From contig CAVYXA010000003.1 of NCBI GenBank assembly GCA_963772365.1, positions 576,001 through 640,000 of the forward strand: 64,000 bases of DNA, in the 5' to 3' direction. The first letter of the stretch is position 1. Each line of letters opens with the position of its first letter. The notes under the pieces were generated by a model. The model was given only the letters and a program-made list of their open reading frames with translations. It ran no database searches and had not been told where the DNA came from. The DNA comes from an uncultured Verrucomicrobiae bacterium (GTDB taxonomy: Bacteria > Verrucomicrobiota > Verrucomicrobiia > Chthoniobacterales > UBA10450). Made by a program: the position numbers and the translations under genes. Below, piece after piece: positions 20,754 through 34,324 of the stretch.

Positions 20754-22287
20754 ATGGCAGCGCCGGTCATGCTGATTATTCGCGACGGGTGGGGAATAAA
20801 CCCGGGCGGCCTGGAAAAACGAGAAACAAACGGAGATGCAACCCTTCTGGCCCGCACCCGTTTTCACGACAAGATGTATCGCGACTATCCGGGCTCCAGA
20901 CTAAGTGCCAGCGGAGCGGATGTGGGCCTGCCGGATGGGCAGATGGGTAATTCCGAAGTGGGCCATCTCAACCTCGGCGCTGGCCGCATTGTTTATCAAG
21001 ATCTTACGCGGATCAACAAGGCGATCATCGCCGGCGAATTGAAACGCAACCAAGTTCTCCAAGGTACGTTTGCCGCTACGCGCGGTCACCGCCTTCATCT
21101 GCTCGGTCTGGTATCTGACGGAGGTGTCCACAGCCATTACTCGCATCTCATTGCTTTGGCCAACGCAGCTCGCGAAGCGGGGATAGCTGAAATCTTCGTC
21201 CATGCCTTTACCGATGGACGTGACAGTTCGCCTACGGGTGGAGCAGGATTTCTGAGAACGTGTGAAGAGCAGTTAGCCGAGAGCGGCGCAAAGATCGTGA
21301 CAGTCGTGGGCCGCTATTTTGCTATGGATCGGGACCGTCGCTGGGATCGAACGAAAAAAGCATGGGACGCGGTCGTTCTCGGGCGGGGCGAGATTTCGAA
21401 ACCTCCGCCCTCGGCAGCGGTGGATCGACAATACAAAAAGGGCAATACGGATGAGTTCATGCCGGCAATGATTTTTTCACACCCGAACGAGCAGCGGATC
21501 CGGGACGGAGATACGGTGCTATTTTTCAACTTTCGCGCCGATCGCGCCCGGCAACTTTCGCAGGCGTTCTTGCTCAAAGAGTTTAATGGCTTCAACCGCG
21601 AGGTGTGGCCGCAAGTGCGCTACTTAACGCTCACGCAGTACGATGTGACGTATCCATCACCGTACATTTTTGCTCCCGAGAAGTTGGTTCACATTTTGGG
21701 CGAAGTCGTGAGCAATTCGGGTAAGAGGCAGTTACGCATTGCGGAGACGGAAAAATATCCGCATGTCACCTATTTCTTTAACGGCGGAATCGAAGCGGCC
21801 GTTTCCGGGAGAAGATCGTAAAATTGTGCCTTCGCCCAAGGTGGCGACATACGATCTTCAGCCGGAAATGAGCGCGCCAGAAGTCACTGAAGAAGTCTTG
21901 GCGCGCATGGACAATTATGACTTGATCATTCTCAATTTCGCCAATCCTGACATGGTTGGCCACACGGGTATTGTCGAAGCTGGAATCAAAGCCGTCGAAA
22001 CCGTCGATGCATGCGTCGGTCGAATTATTGAACGGCTGCTCGCCCTTGGCGGAAAATGTCTGGTTACTGCGGATCATGGAAACTGCGAACAAATGCGGAA
22101 CCCGGATGGTTCCCCCAATACGGCGCACACTACGAACTTAGTACACTGCATCCATGTTGGATCAGATGCTGCGAGATTTCGCTGTCGGGATGGGATTCTA
22201 GCCGATGTCGCACCAACCTTGTTGTTTCTTCTGGGCCTTCCTCAACCAGCGGAAATGACAGGCCGTAACCTGCTCGTTTCGATTTGA
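20754..22287 (+). CDS. gpmI: 2,3-bisphosphoglycerate-independent phosphoglycerate mutase; frameshift near 21798
   Basis: [50 protein letters not shown]. Confidence 0.95.
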
Positions 22288-22318
22288 GTCAATCGTCAGG
22301 CGCGTAATTTTTTCTGCA

Positions 22319-23144
22319 TTACGGTACGTCCTCAGTCACTTCGCCATTTGTTTCTTCGCCGATTTCTTCTTCGATTTCGCGGCGCCATTCCCGTTTGATC
22401 CAGGGACGGGCAAACCCGTACAGCAAATAGGCCAAAAATAAGACTGCAGGCATCCATTCGTAGTCCAGCACGGTGAGAACAAGGACCAGACTGATTGCCA
22501 AGAATCGCGGGATCGACTTCGCCGTTTTCCAGTTGATTCCCTTGAAACTGGGATAGCGGAAGCGGCTGAACATCATGAAGGAGAGAAAAAGCATCAGGGG
22601 TGGCAAAAGAAATTTCCAGTTACCGAGCCGTCGCTCGCTTTCTGCCATCCACAGCATGAAAAGAGTAATTGAAGCGATGAGACCCGCCGCAGCGGGAATC
22701 GGAAATCCTCGGAATTCCTTTTCCGCCGGAGTTGTGATTGGCCGACATGCAGTTGAATCGGGCGAGGCGAAGACCCCCGCAAGCCAGATAGACGAAAGCC
22801 ACAATCCAGCCGGCTCGGGGAAATTCCTGAAGCACGATTCGGTAAACCAGGAGTGCCGGCGCGACGCCGAATGAAACAATGTCGGCCAATGAATCGAACT
22901 CGCGGCCAAACGCGCTATCATGGCCGCCGAGCCGAGCCAGACGTCCGTCGAGAAAATCAAACACGAAAGCTCCCAAAATGAACCAGATTGCGGCGTGAAA
23001 AAGATCCGCTGCCGCGTCAGGATCGGAAGCTTGCAGGAGTGCGCCTTGAAGAATCTTGAGCGTAGCGGCAAAACCACAGAACAGGTTTGCCGCAGTCATT
23101 AGGTTCGGCAGCAGATAGATTTTAGGCGGGCTCTGTTCGTTCAT
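22319..23144 (-). CDS. pssA: CDP-diacylglycerol--serine O-phosphatidyltransferase; frameshift near 22725
   Basis: LPNLMTAAN, DFLDGRLAR..S.FGREFDSLADIVSFGVAPA, LRLARFN, FRGFPIPAAA; next to psd. Confidence 0.92.
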
Positions 23145-23146
23145 GA

Positions 23147-23777
23147 TCAAGGCAGGCGCGCGATGATTGTCGATCCTCCAAGAACGTGATCGCCCACTTT
23201 CACCAGAATTTCAGCGTTGAGCGGCAAGTATACTTCCGTTCGCGAACCGAAGCGAATCATTCCAAAGCGTTCTCCCTTTCTTAATTCGTCTCCGATCTGT
23301 GACCAGGCGACGATGCGGCGGGCGATTGCGCCTGTAATCTGGCGCACGATGATGGTTGCCTGTGAATTTTTAAACGCCCAAGTCATCGCCTCGTTTTTCT
23401 CGGAACAGTCGGGACGACGCGCATCGAGGCAGAGACCCTTACGATGTTGCCGATAAATCACCCGACCACTGATCGGTGCCCGATTAGTATGAACGTCGAA
23501 GATCGACAGGAAAATGCCGATACGGCGCATCTTGGTTTTCAAGACCTCGCTTTCATCAATATCTATGATCTCGGTGATTGTTCCGTCTGCCGCAGCCACA
23601 ACATGACTTGGATCGACCGGCGCGCCACGACCCGGATCCCGAAAGAACGCGAGTGTAACAGAGAATCAGGATCCAAAAAATGATTGCTAACCAGATCGAG
23701 ACAAACCAACTGGCAACAGCCAATAGGCCTAGAATCGCCAGAATCCAGGCCGCTTCGGCAAGAGTTTGTGAGCGCAT
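23147..23777 (-). CDS. psd: Phosphatidylserine decarboxylase proenzyme; frameshifts near the 5' end
   Basis: AAADG, IFLSIFDVHTNRAP, QITGAIARRIV, GMIRFGSRTEV cleavage motif. Confidence 0.92.
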
Positions 23778-23943
23778 GAAAAGGCCTAATTTTCGGTCGT
23801 AAAACTGGTCGGTCAAGAGCGCCTCGGGATCAATGAAACGAAGGGACGCCCGTGGAAATCTCCGCCACAAAATATTGTAGTTTTGGACCCCAGACTCCCA
23901 AGATGTAGCGCAAAATTCCTTTTGTAAAACCACGACTTATTAG

Positions 23944-26589
<2,646 letters not shown>

Positions 26590-26638
26590 CGTGAAGCTAA
26601 TAATGGCGCGGCCTACTCAACAAGATTGATTAAGAAAG

Positions 26639-29233
26639 ATGCTGACTCCAAACGAAAAAATTGAACCGGTAAACGTGGCCGAAGAAGTCTCGAGATCGTT
26701 CCTCGATTACTCGATGTCGGTCATCATTTCGCGCGCGTTGCCGGATGCGCGCGATGGACTGAAGCCATCGCAGCGGAGAATTTTGTATGCGATGCACGAT
26801 TTGTCGCTGTTCCCGAATCGGCAGCATCGTAAATGTGCGAAAATTTGCGGCGATACGAGCGGTAATTATCACCCTCACGGCGAAGCAGTGATCTACCCCA
26901 CCCTGGTTCACATGGCGCAGCCGTGGGCCATGCGGGAGCGGTTAGTCGATGGTCAGGGCAATTTCGGGTCGGTTGAAGGCGATCCGCCCGCGGCGATGCG
27001 GTACACCGAGGCGCGCATGACGCATCTGGGCGCAGCGCTCATGACCGACATGGAGAAGGACACGGTCGATTTCGTTCCGAACTACGACGAAACCCGGACC
27101 GAGCCGACTGTTTTTCCATCTGCGTTCCCGAACCTGCTCGTTAACGGTGGGACTGGCATCGCAGTCGGCATGGCGACAAACATGCCCCCACACAACCTCG
27201 TTGAAGTGATCGATGGCATTTGCGCTCAGATCGACAGTCCGGAGATCACAGCCGAAGAGCTAATGAAGTTTGTCAAAGGTCCGGATTTCCCGACCGGTTG
27301 CGCCATTTGCGGTACCAGCGGCGTAAAACAATATCTCGAAACCGGACGCGGCAGCATGAAGGTGCGCGGCAAAGTCGGCGTCGAGGAAATCAAGGGCGGC
27401 AAGGAACAGATCGTCATTACCGAGATTCCCTTCAACGTAAATCGGGCGACCCTGGTCGAGCGCATTGCGGATTTGGTGAACGAGAAAATTCTTGGTGAGA
27501 TTACGGCAGTGCGGGACGAATCGGATGAGAACACGCGCGTGGTTATCGAGTTGAAGCGGGACGCGAATCCGAAGATCGTCATCAACAATCTTTACAAACA
27601 CACCGCGATGGAAAGCTCGTTCGCGGTGAACATGCTGGCGATCGATCACGGCCGGCCAAAGCTCCTGACGCTCAAAGACGCCAACCAGGCGTATATCGAT
27701 CATCGCCGCGAGGTAATTCTGCGGCGGACACGCTTCGAGCTTCGCAAAGCGGAGGAGCGCGCCGAAACGCTCGAAGGTTATCTCATCGCGCTTAAGAATC
27801 TGGATGAATTCATCCGCATCATTCGCGGATCGGCCAATCGCGACGAAGCCCGGATCAAGTTACTGGCCTTCGACTTTAACAAAAAGCAGGTCGAGCAAAT
27901 CGGAATCGTGATACGCAACCCGGCCCGGTTGACCGATGGGCGTTACGCATTCAGCGAGCATCAAGCGAATCAGATTCTCGATCTTCGCCTTTACCAGCTC
28001 ACCGGCATGGAGCGGGAGAAGATCGAAAGCGAATACACGGCACTTATCGAATCGATCAAAGATCTTCGGGATATTCTGGCCAAGGAACAGCGCGTCTTCA
28101 CGATTATCAAAAAGGAGCTGCGTGAGATTCGTGACAAACACGGTTCACCGCGCCTGACGGAATTCATACAGGACGAGGGCGAGATCAACATGGAAGATCT
28201 CATCGCCAACGAGGGCTGCATCATCAGCATCACTCATGGCGGTTTCATCAAGCGCACTGCAGTCAGCGCATTTCGGGCGCAGCGTCGCGGCGGTAAGGGC
28301 GTGATTGGCATGTCCACGCGCGAAGGCGCGACCGAGGAAGAAGAGGGCGATTTTGTCGAGCATCTCTTCACAGCCACGACCCACGACTATCTGATGTTCT
28401 TCACTCAGTCCGGACGCGCTTACGTTGAAAAGGTTTATGAGATTCCCGAGATGGGACGCGCGGCCAAGGGTCGTTCCATCGCCAATATTCTGGAACTGCG
28501 GCCGGATGAAAAAATCGCCGCCACCATTCGCGTTCAATCCAAAAAATCCGGCACCGGCGCCGCGGCGGTGGATGAGACCTGGGACGAGGACTTCCACATC
28601 GTATTCGCGACCCGCACCGGGATCGTCAAGAAATCGAACCTTTCCGATTACGCCAATGTGCGAAAAGGCGGAATCATCGCGATTCAAATCGAGGAGGGTG
28701 ACTGCCTGATCGACGCCAAACTAACCAACGGCAATAACGAGATCGTCCTCATCACAAAGGAAGGAATGAGTCTGCGTTTTCACGAGGAGCAATTGCGCGA
28801 TCAGGGACGCAACACTGTCGGTGTCTGGGGAATTCGCCCTGCCAAGAAGGACCTCGTCGTCGCGATCGCCATTGTCGATCCTGATTCCATGTTGCTGGTG
28901 GCGGGCGAAAACGGGATCGGCAAACGCACGGCATTTGATGACTACCGGAAACAAAACCGCGGCGGCAAAGGAATCATCACCATGAAAACCGGTACCAAAA
29001 CGGGCGATGTTGTCGGCGCGCTGACTGTACGTGAAGCGGACGAGATCATGTTGATCACGACTAAAGGCCAAATGGTCCGGACCCGCGTGAAAGAAATCCG
29101 TGAGACTGGCCGCAACACGATGGGCGTGAAACTGATGGATCTCCGCGGAGCCGAGAAATTGCAGGCGATCGCCCCGGTGGTCAGTCAGACCGAAGAAGAA
29201 GCGCAAAGCTCGGAAGCAACGCCTGCCGCCTAA
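26639..29233 (+). CDS. gyrA: DNA gyrase subunit A
   Basis: [19 protein letters not shown], GyrA-box QRRGGKG, C-terminal pinwheel repeats. Confidence 0.98.
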   Translation: MLTPNEKIEPVNVAEEVSRSFLDYSMSVIISRALPDARDGLKPSQRRILYAMHDLSLFPNRQHRKCAKICGDTSGNYHPHGEAVIYPTLVHMAQPWAMRERLVDGQGNFGSVEGDPPAAMRYTEARMTHLGAALMTDMEKDTVDFVPNYDETRTEPTVFPSAFPNLLVNGGTGIAVGMATNMPPHNLVEVIDGICAQIDSPEITAEELMKFVKGPDFPTGCAICGTSGVKQYLETGRGSMKVRGKVGVEEIKGGKEQIVITEIPFNVNRATLVERIADLVNEKILGEITAVRDESDENTRVVIELKRDANPKIVINNLYKHTAMESSFAVNMLAIDHGRPKLLTLKDANQAYIDHRREVILRRTRFELRKAEERAETLEGYLIALKNLDEFIRIIRGSANRDEARIKLLAFDFNKKQVEQIGIVIRNPARLTDGRYAFSEHQANQILDLRLYQLTGMEREKIESEYTALIESIKDLRDILAKEQRVFTIIKKELREIRDKHGSPRLTEFIQDEGEINMEDLIANEGCIISITHGGFIKRTAVSAFRAQRRGGKGVIGMSTREGATEEEEGDFVEHLFTATTHDYLMFFTQSGRAYVEKVYEIPEMGRAAKGRSIANILELRPDEKIAATIRVQSKKSGTGAAAVDETWDEDFHIVFATRTGIVKKSNLSDYANVRKGGIIAIQIEEGDCLIDAKLTNGNNEIVLITKEGMSLRFHEEQLRDQGRNTVGVWGIRPAKKDLVVAIAIVDPDSMLLVAGENGIGKRTAFDDYRKQNRGGKGIITMKTGTKTGDVVGALTVREADEIMLITTKGQMVRTRVKEIRETGRNTMGVKLMDLRGAEKLQAIAPVVSQTEEEAQSSEATPAA

Positions 29234-29356
29234 CGCTTTGCCGATGGTCAGCCGCCCGAGATCAGAACTACTTGCCTGGGGCAGTCGCAATCCGTTGAGG
29301 ATCGATCAGAGAGTCTTGATCGTTGTTCCCAACAGCGATCTTCGGCTCACAAGAGA

Positions 29357-29530
29357 TCAATAACGCCCCGTGCGCTGTACAGTCGTCTCGTGAGTCGTCG
29401 CAGGCTGCGTTACGGCCGTTTCTTCCGTAGTAGTTGTAGTAGTGGTGGTCTCAGCATCATGCGCGCATGACGCCAAAAACATCGTTCCTGCGACCAAAAG
29501 CAACGGCATGAGTATAATCAGTTTTTTCAT
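29357..29530 (-). CDS. Small Thr-rich lipoprotein (57 aa)
   Basis: MKKLII...FLASC lipobox followed by ETTTTTTTTEETAVTQPATT. Confidence 0.7.
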   Translation of the reverse strand: MKKLIILMPLLLVAGTMFLASCAHDAETTTTTTTTEETAVTQPATTHETTVQRTGRY

Positions 29531-29613
29531 AAGTTGATGTTGTCGATTCAAGAAGAGATTCGATGCAAACCCCTTCCGCAGATGTATTAGGAACGCAAAA
29601 AAACAGGAATTCG

Positions 29614-30669
29614 CTACGCGGCTGCGATGGGAACTTCCCGTCCAGTGGCACTCGAAGCATAAATCGCATCAATCATTTCCATCAGAGCCACCGCCTGATT
29701 GGCGTCATTTTCCGGAGTCGCACGGCCCGCGATACTCTCAACAAAATTTCGCAATTGTAGTTCGAAACTGTTGGGCGCAGCCTCATCAATCGCTAGAGGC
29801 GCGGAAACGAGTTCGCCTTGTCGATCTTCAAACAAACGCAGCGGATTTAATTGCACCGTGCCTTTCGTGCCGTAAACGATGGAGTTGATCAGTTCGCGTC
29901 CAAAATATTTCCTTGGCGGAATATCGTCGGTCAGGTTGCCGGCCCATGACGTTTCCAAGTGTACGACTGCGCCAGTCTCAAATCGAATGAATGCATACAC
30001 TGCATCCTCGACATCAAAAACTGGCGTCTTCACAAGATGCTCGAAATTTCGGAAAACCTGCGCGCTCACGGAAACAGGACGCGGCGTTCCCATCAAATAC
30101 CACACCGAATCCAGCGCGTGCACGCCGATGTCGATCAAAGCGCCGCCCCCGGACCGTTTCTTCTCCGTAAACCAATCGCCAATTCCCACCGGAATTCCCC
30201 GGGAGCGCACAAATGTCGTTTTCGCGTGATAAATTCGACCGAGTCGCCCCTGGTCCACGACAGCTTTCGCCGCGCGCATACCGGGAGTGAAACGGTATTG
30301 CCGGCTGAAAAAATAGATCAGTCCGCGTTTGCTGGCTTCTTCTCGTAGCACTTTCATCTCCGCCGCATTCATGGTGGGCGGCTTCTCGCACAGAACATGT
30401 TTGCCCGATTCCAGAGCTGCAAGTGACGCCGGGAAATGCAGAAAATTTGGCAAACAAATGATGACGGCATCGATTTCTCGATCTTGCAGAACGTCGTGAT
30501 AATCGCTGTAAGCTTTCGCCGGCGCGTGTTTTTTCTGAAACGCGCTGCGCCGGTTTTCATCGAGATCTGCGAATGCATGCAGGGTCGCATCCTGAATCTC
30601 GCGGATCGCGAGCGCATGCATCTCGCCGGGCCAACCCGCGCCTATAATCCCTATCTTGAGGTTGTTCAT
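29614..30669 (-). CDS. Gfo/Idh/MocA family oxidoreductase
   Basis: IGIIGAG, GKHVLCEKP, GGGALIDIGVHALD. Confidence 0.92.
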   Translation of the reverse strand: MNNLKIGIIGAGWPGEMHALAIREIQDATLHAFADLDENRRSAFQKKHAPAKAYSDYHDVLQDREIDAVIICLPNFLHFPASLAALESGKHVLCEKPPTMNAAEMKVLREEASKRGLIYFFSRQYRFTPGMRAAKAVVDQGRLGRIYHAKTTFVRSRGIPVGIGDWFTEKKRSGGGALIDIGVHALDSVWYLMGTPRPVSVSAQVFRNFEHLVKTPVFDVEDAVYAFIRFETGAVVHLETSWAGNLTDDIPPRKYFGRELINSIVYGTKGTVQLNPLRLFEDRQGELVSAPLAIDEAAPNSFELQLRNFVESIAGRATPENDANQAVALMEMIDAIYASSATGREVPIAAA

Positions 30670-30678
30670 AGTCGCCTC

Positions 30679-31068
30679 TTAGAGGTCGATCCTGGCCCGG
30701 CGGCGCTTGATTTCGCTGCGTTTACGCTTCGATTCGAGAATTTTTCGCTTCAGTGCGGGAGGCCGCGGCGATTTTCTCCGGCGCTCTTTTTCACGCCGAG
30801 CGATTTCATTCGCGTTGCGTGTCTCCAGAGTTTTCTCGATGTTGGCAATCAACCGTTCCCGAGCCAGCTTCCGATTTCGGGCTTGCGACCGGGAATCCTG
30901 CACTGTCACGCTGATTCCGCTCGGCCGATGGCGCAACGTAACAGCAGTCGAAACCTTGTTTACGTTTTGGCCGCCCGGACCACCTGAGCGCGCGAATGTT
31001 TCGTCAAGATCGCTCTCGCGAATGCCAAGTTGTTGCATCCGTTGCTGGAGCGAATCCTCCGCGTTCAT
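30679..31068 (-). CDS. Peptide chain release factor-like ribosome rescue protein (ArfB/YaeJ-like)
   Basis: [24 protein letters not shown], basic C-terminal tail. Confidence 0.88.
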   Translation of the reverse strand: MNAEDSLQQRMQQLGIRESDLDETFARSGGPGGQNVNKVSTAVTLRHRPSGISVTVQDSRSQARNRKLARERLIANIEKTLETRNANEIARREKERRRKSPRPPALKRKILESKRKRSEIKRRRARIDL

Positions 31069-31086
31069 CGTTGGCAAAAACAGAAT

Positions 31087-31173
31087 TGCCGATGGCCGGA
31101 CTCGAACCGGCACGGGCCTGTTACGGCCCAACGGATTTTAAGTCCGTTGCGTCTGCCATTTCGCCACATCGGC
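31087..31173 (-). tRNA. tRNA-Leu(TAA), long variable arm, CCA not encoded
   Basis: GCCGATG-TGGCGAAATGGCAGACGC-AACGGA-CT TAA AA-TCCGTT-GGGCCGTAACAGGCCC-GTGCCGGTTCGAGTCCGGC-CATCGGC-A. Confidence 0.96.
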
Positions 31174-31338
31174 TTAGTCGCCGCGAACTTTAGCCGCATT
31201 TGGCCGGCCGACCAAAATGAATTCGTCTGCGGGACGCACTTCTCTCTGAAGACGCTTCTGCTTTGGGCTTGACCAAAAAGCGCAGTCCTGTCACAAGCAG
31301 GAACCATCGAGATCTCGCCGATCATACCAAGCGCACTC

Positions 31339-32835
31339 ATGAGTGTACGTCTCGTCCTCGTTCTGTTTGCGCTCGCCTTTGTCGATCTTCGGCAAACAAA
31401 CGCGGCAGAACAGTCGGCTGAGGAAAAACTGAAACAGGCCCAGGCCGAATTGGAACTCGAGCAGACGGAACTTCAGCTTGAGCAAACAAAAGCATCCATT
31501 GCCGCGAGCCACGCCGCTCAGTTCAACGCTGCTTTCCCTACTGACAAGGTCACGCCTTTAGAAGGGAAAACAACGGTCGATCAGCAATACACATTTCCTC
31601 CTCTCCTTCTGGCTTATACAGCGTCGGAACGGATGACCTCCAAAATCGCCTCGCAGATTACGGCCATCATTGAGGCACGTCCAACCAACTCGCGGGCGAG
31701 GCCGCGCATTGTCATCTATCAGGCCGGCGATTCCATTCTGGGAGAGCGAGCCATTTATGCCCAATTAAATAACCGGATGGACGCGATTCTCGCGAGAATT
31801 GAACAGTGCGAAAAGGATTTCGAGGCGGCCAAGTCAGAAATGGCGCCCCTTTCGGATCCAAGGAAGGCAGCCGCGGATTATCTGGAGCGAGCAAGATCGT
31901 ATCTTGCTGCCGACGCTGCGGCTGAAGCTCAAGGTTTGGGTCCGCCTATGATGGTCGGAGCGGGATTTGATGAAGGCATTACCGCCGCCAACAGCACCCT
32001 CCAATCGATCATTCAATTAATCTCGCTATTTCGAACCGATACAACGATCGGAGGCGTTGCCATTAGCATCGACGTGGACGCGATCGCCGCCCAGTTAGGG
32101 CATAACCTGCAAACCTCGAGCCTGGCTCCAGTGATCAACTACCCATCGCTGATGATGAATGTCGATTCGCCGATCCTGAAAAAGTTTGGCGAGATGAACG
32201 ATCGACAAGGATTACTGGCTACGCACACGATCGAGATCGACACATTCAGCCGAGACCTCGTTCTTGCTGAGGGAGTAATTGAGGAGCAAATCAAGAAGCA
32301 ACCGCCGCGACCGGCGCCGGAAGATACGGCAAAAATCACGGCGTTGGCCATTAGCCGGGCTCAAGAGGATAACCAGCGGCGAACCGCCACGTTAAACGAT
32401 CTGAAACAACGAAGCACTTCTCTGGAGCAATTGGTTAGCGGAATCGACAAGGGCCTGGAGACTGTTGATGAAAAGACCGGGATGACGCCTCTCGCTACGA
32501 TTATGAAAACTGAAGCGTTGATGATGGCCCTGGATCAGCCAAACACTTTTAGTGTCCTCCTGAAAGCGGTGGCGGGCGGCGGGGCAACCCAAATCGATCG
32601 CAATCTCTTTACTGGATCAAAGCTTCGCCAACTTGGCGGGGCCGTTTTTATCACCACTCTCACGGACAACAAAGGAACAGTGTTATTCACGGACGTATCC
32701 ACGGGTTTTCTTGGTTATTCCAAGCTGAGAAGCATTGGCGGAGCCATTCGCAACGATGTGACAATCGACAACATTGAAGTTCCAAGGTCCGCGACGACCA
32801 AGGCTAGGATGTCCTTCACCAACGGCGGAAATTGA
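31339..32835 (+). CDS. Hypothetical secreted protein with coiled-coil segments
   Basis: 498-aa ORF, signal peptide ending TNA-AE, heptad-rich stretches; no family recognised. Confidence 0.75.
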   Translation: MSVRLVLVLFALAFVDLRQTNAAEQSAEEKLKQAQAELELEQTELQLEQTKASIAASHAAQFNAAFPTDKVTPLEGKTTVDQQYTFPPLLLAYTASERMTSKIASQITAIIEARPTNSRARPRIVIYQAGDSILGERAIYAQLNNRMDAILARIEQCEKDFEAAKSEMAPLSDPRKAAADYLERARSYLAADAAAEAQGLGPPMMVGAGFDEGITAANSTLQSIIQLISLFRTDTTIGGVAISIDVDAIAAQLGHNLQTSSLAPVINYPSLMMNVDSPILKKFGEMNDRQGLLATHTIEIDTFSRDLVLAEGVIEEQIKKQPPRPAPEDTAKITALAISRAQEDNQRRTATLNDLKQRSTSLEQLVSGIDKGLETVDEKTGMTPLATIMKTEALMMALDQPNTFSVLLKAVAGGGATQIDRNLFTGSKLRQLGGAVFITTLTDNKGTVLFTDVSTGFLGYSKLRSIGGAIRNDVTIDNIEVPRSATTKARMSFTNGGN

Positions 32836-32995
32836 AACGGCCCGTTGAGAACTCATAGCGTTCTCGCCATATCGGGTCATTACTCTCCGAGATGACCAGA
32901 TGCATCCGCGCACCTTTCGAGCAACGTAACTATTGTGACGGGCTCTTCTCGATTCGAGAAGGCGATTCAGCAAAAACTTCAACCAGGGAAATTTT

Positions 32996-33562
32996 ATGGC
33001 ACGGAAACTAGAAGGAAAAAAGGTGGCCATCCTTGTGGCCAATGGCTTTGAGCAAGTGGAAATGACCAAACCACGCGAGGCGTTGGTAGAGGCGGGGGCG
33101 GACACGAAGATTGTGTCGCTCAAATCGGAAAAAATTCAGGGAATGAATCACGCCGAAAAGGGCGACAAGTTCGATGTCGATCTTACTGTAAAGGACGCGC
33201 GACCGGAAGATTTCGATGCGCTGATGATTCCGGGCGGTCTCTTGAATCCGGACGAGATGCGTCGGGACAACAACGCATTGGAGTTCGCGCGTCATTTCTT
33301 TCGCGAACGCAAACCCGTGGCAGTGATCTGTCATGGGCCGCAAGTACTGATTAGCGCGGATCTTGTTCGCGGGCGCAAGATGACTTCGTGGCCGGCGATT
33401 CAGGCTGATATGCGTAATGCCGGGGCTCGCTGGGTAGATGAAGAAGTTGTCGTGGACAATGGCTTAGTCTCCAGTCGGAAGCCCGACGACATCCCGGCGT
33501 TCAATCAAAAGATGATCGAGGAATTCGCCGAAGGCCGACACAAGGAAGCGGCTGCTGCGTAG
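32996..33562 (+). CDS. PfpI/DJ-1 family (type 1 glutamine amidotransferase-like) protein
   Basis: GFEQVE, LMIPGG, VICHGP, SRKPDD. Confidence 0.93.
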   Translation: MARKLEGKKVAILVANGFEQVEMTKPREALVEAGADTKIVSLKSEKIQGMNHAEKGDKFDVDLTVKDARPEDFDALMIPGGLLNPDEMRRDNNALEFARHFFRERKPVAVICHGPQVLISADLVRGRKMTSWPAIQADMRNAGARWVDEEVVVDNGLVSSRKPDDIPAFNQKMIEEFAEGRHKEAAAA

Positions 33563-33665
33563 AAATCAGTCAACGGATTATAGGCAGGATTGGCCTTTCA
33601 GCCGATTTCGCTGCGTTATGGCGTGGCAAACAGAAACGCCTTAGAATCATGGTGTATCCCACGCC

Positions 33666-34268
33666 ATGACTACGGCTAACAAAATCACCGTTGCCCGGAT
33701 TCTCCTGATTCCGGTTTTCGTGACCCTGGCCATTTACTATGGCCAAAGTATCCAGCGCGGGGAGCCGCTGGAGTGGCAGCGTTTTACCGCGATTGCGGTG
33801 TTTCTGCTCGCGGCAGTGAGTGATGGATTGGACGGCTACGTGGCGCGGCATTACAATCAGCGTAGCTCGTTAGGTGTAATTCTCGATCCGATCGCGGACA
33901 AGGGCCTGCTTCTCAGCGGCATCATTACCTTGAGCATCAGCAACTGGAGCGATGTCAATCCTAATTACGGAAAATTTCCAATCTGGTTTCCAGTGCTCGT
34001 TATTACACGCGATGTCGTCATTTTGGTGGGCGCAGCCGTTTTACATCTTCTCAGCGGGAAAGTGAATGTCAGGCCCAGATGGATGGGTAAAGTGGCCACG
34101 GTGATGCAAATGATCGCGATCGGCTGGGTCATGTTGCAGCTTCGGTTTGTTCCGCTCAGTTTTATAGTGATTGGAGCAGGAATATTTACTTTCGGCTCGG
34201 GCGTGATGTACGTAATGGACGGCGTCCGCCAATTGCAGGTGGCGGGACACGCTCACGCAACGCGGTGA
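33666..34268 (+). CDS. CDP-alcohol phosphatidyltransferase (PgsA-like)
   Basis: ANKITVARI, SDGLDGYVAR..Q.S.LG.ILDPIADK. Confidence 0.9.
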   Translation: MTTANKITVARILLIPVFVTLAIYYGQSIQRGEPLEWQRFTAIAVFLLAAVSDGLDGYVARHYNQRSSLGVILDPIADKGLLLSGIITLSISNWSDVNPNYGKFPIWFPVLVITRDVVILVGAAVLHLLSGKVNVRPRWMGKVATVMQMIAIGWVMLQLRFVPLSFIVIGAGIFTFGSGVMYVMDGVRQLQVAGHAHATR

Positions 34269-34324
34269 CGCACTGTGAATCGTTAAATCGCCTGGCGATT
34301 CACAATTCACGGCTATTTTGCTCC

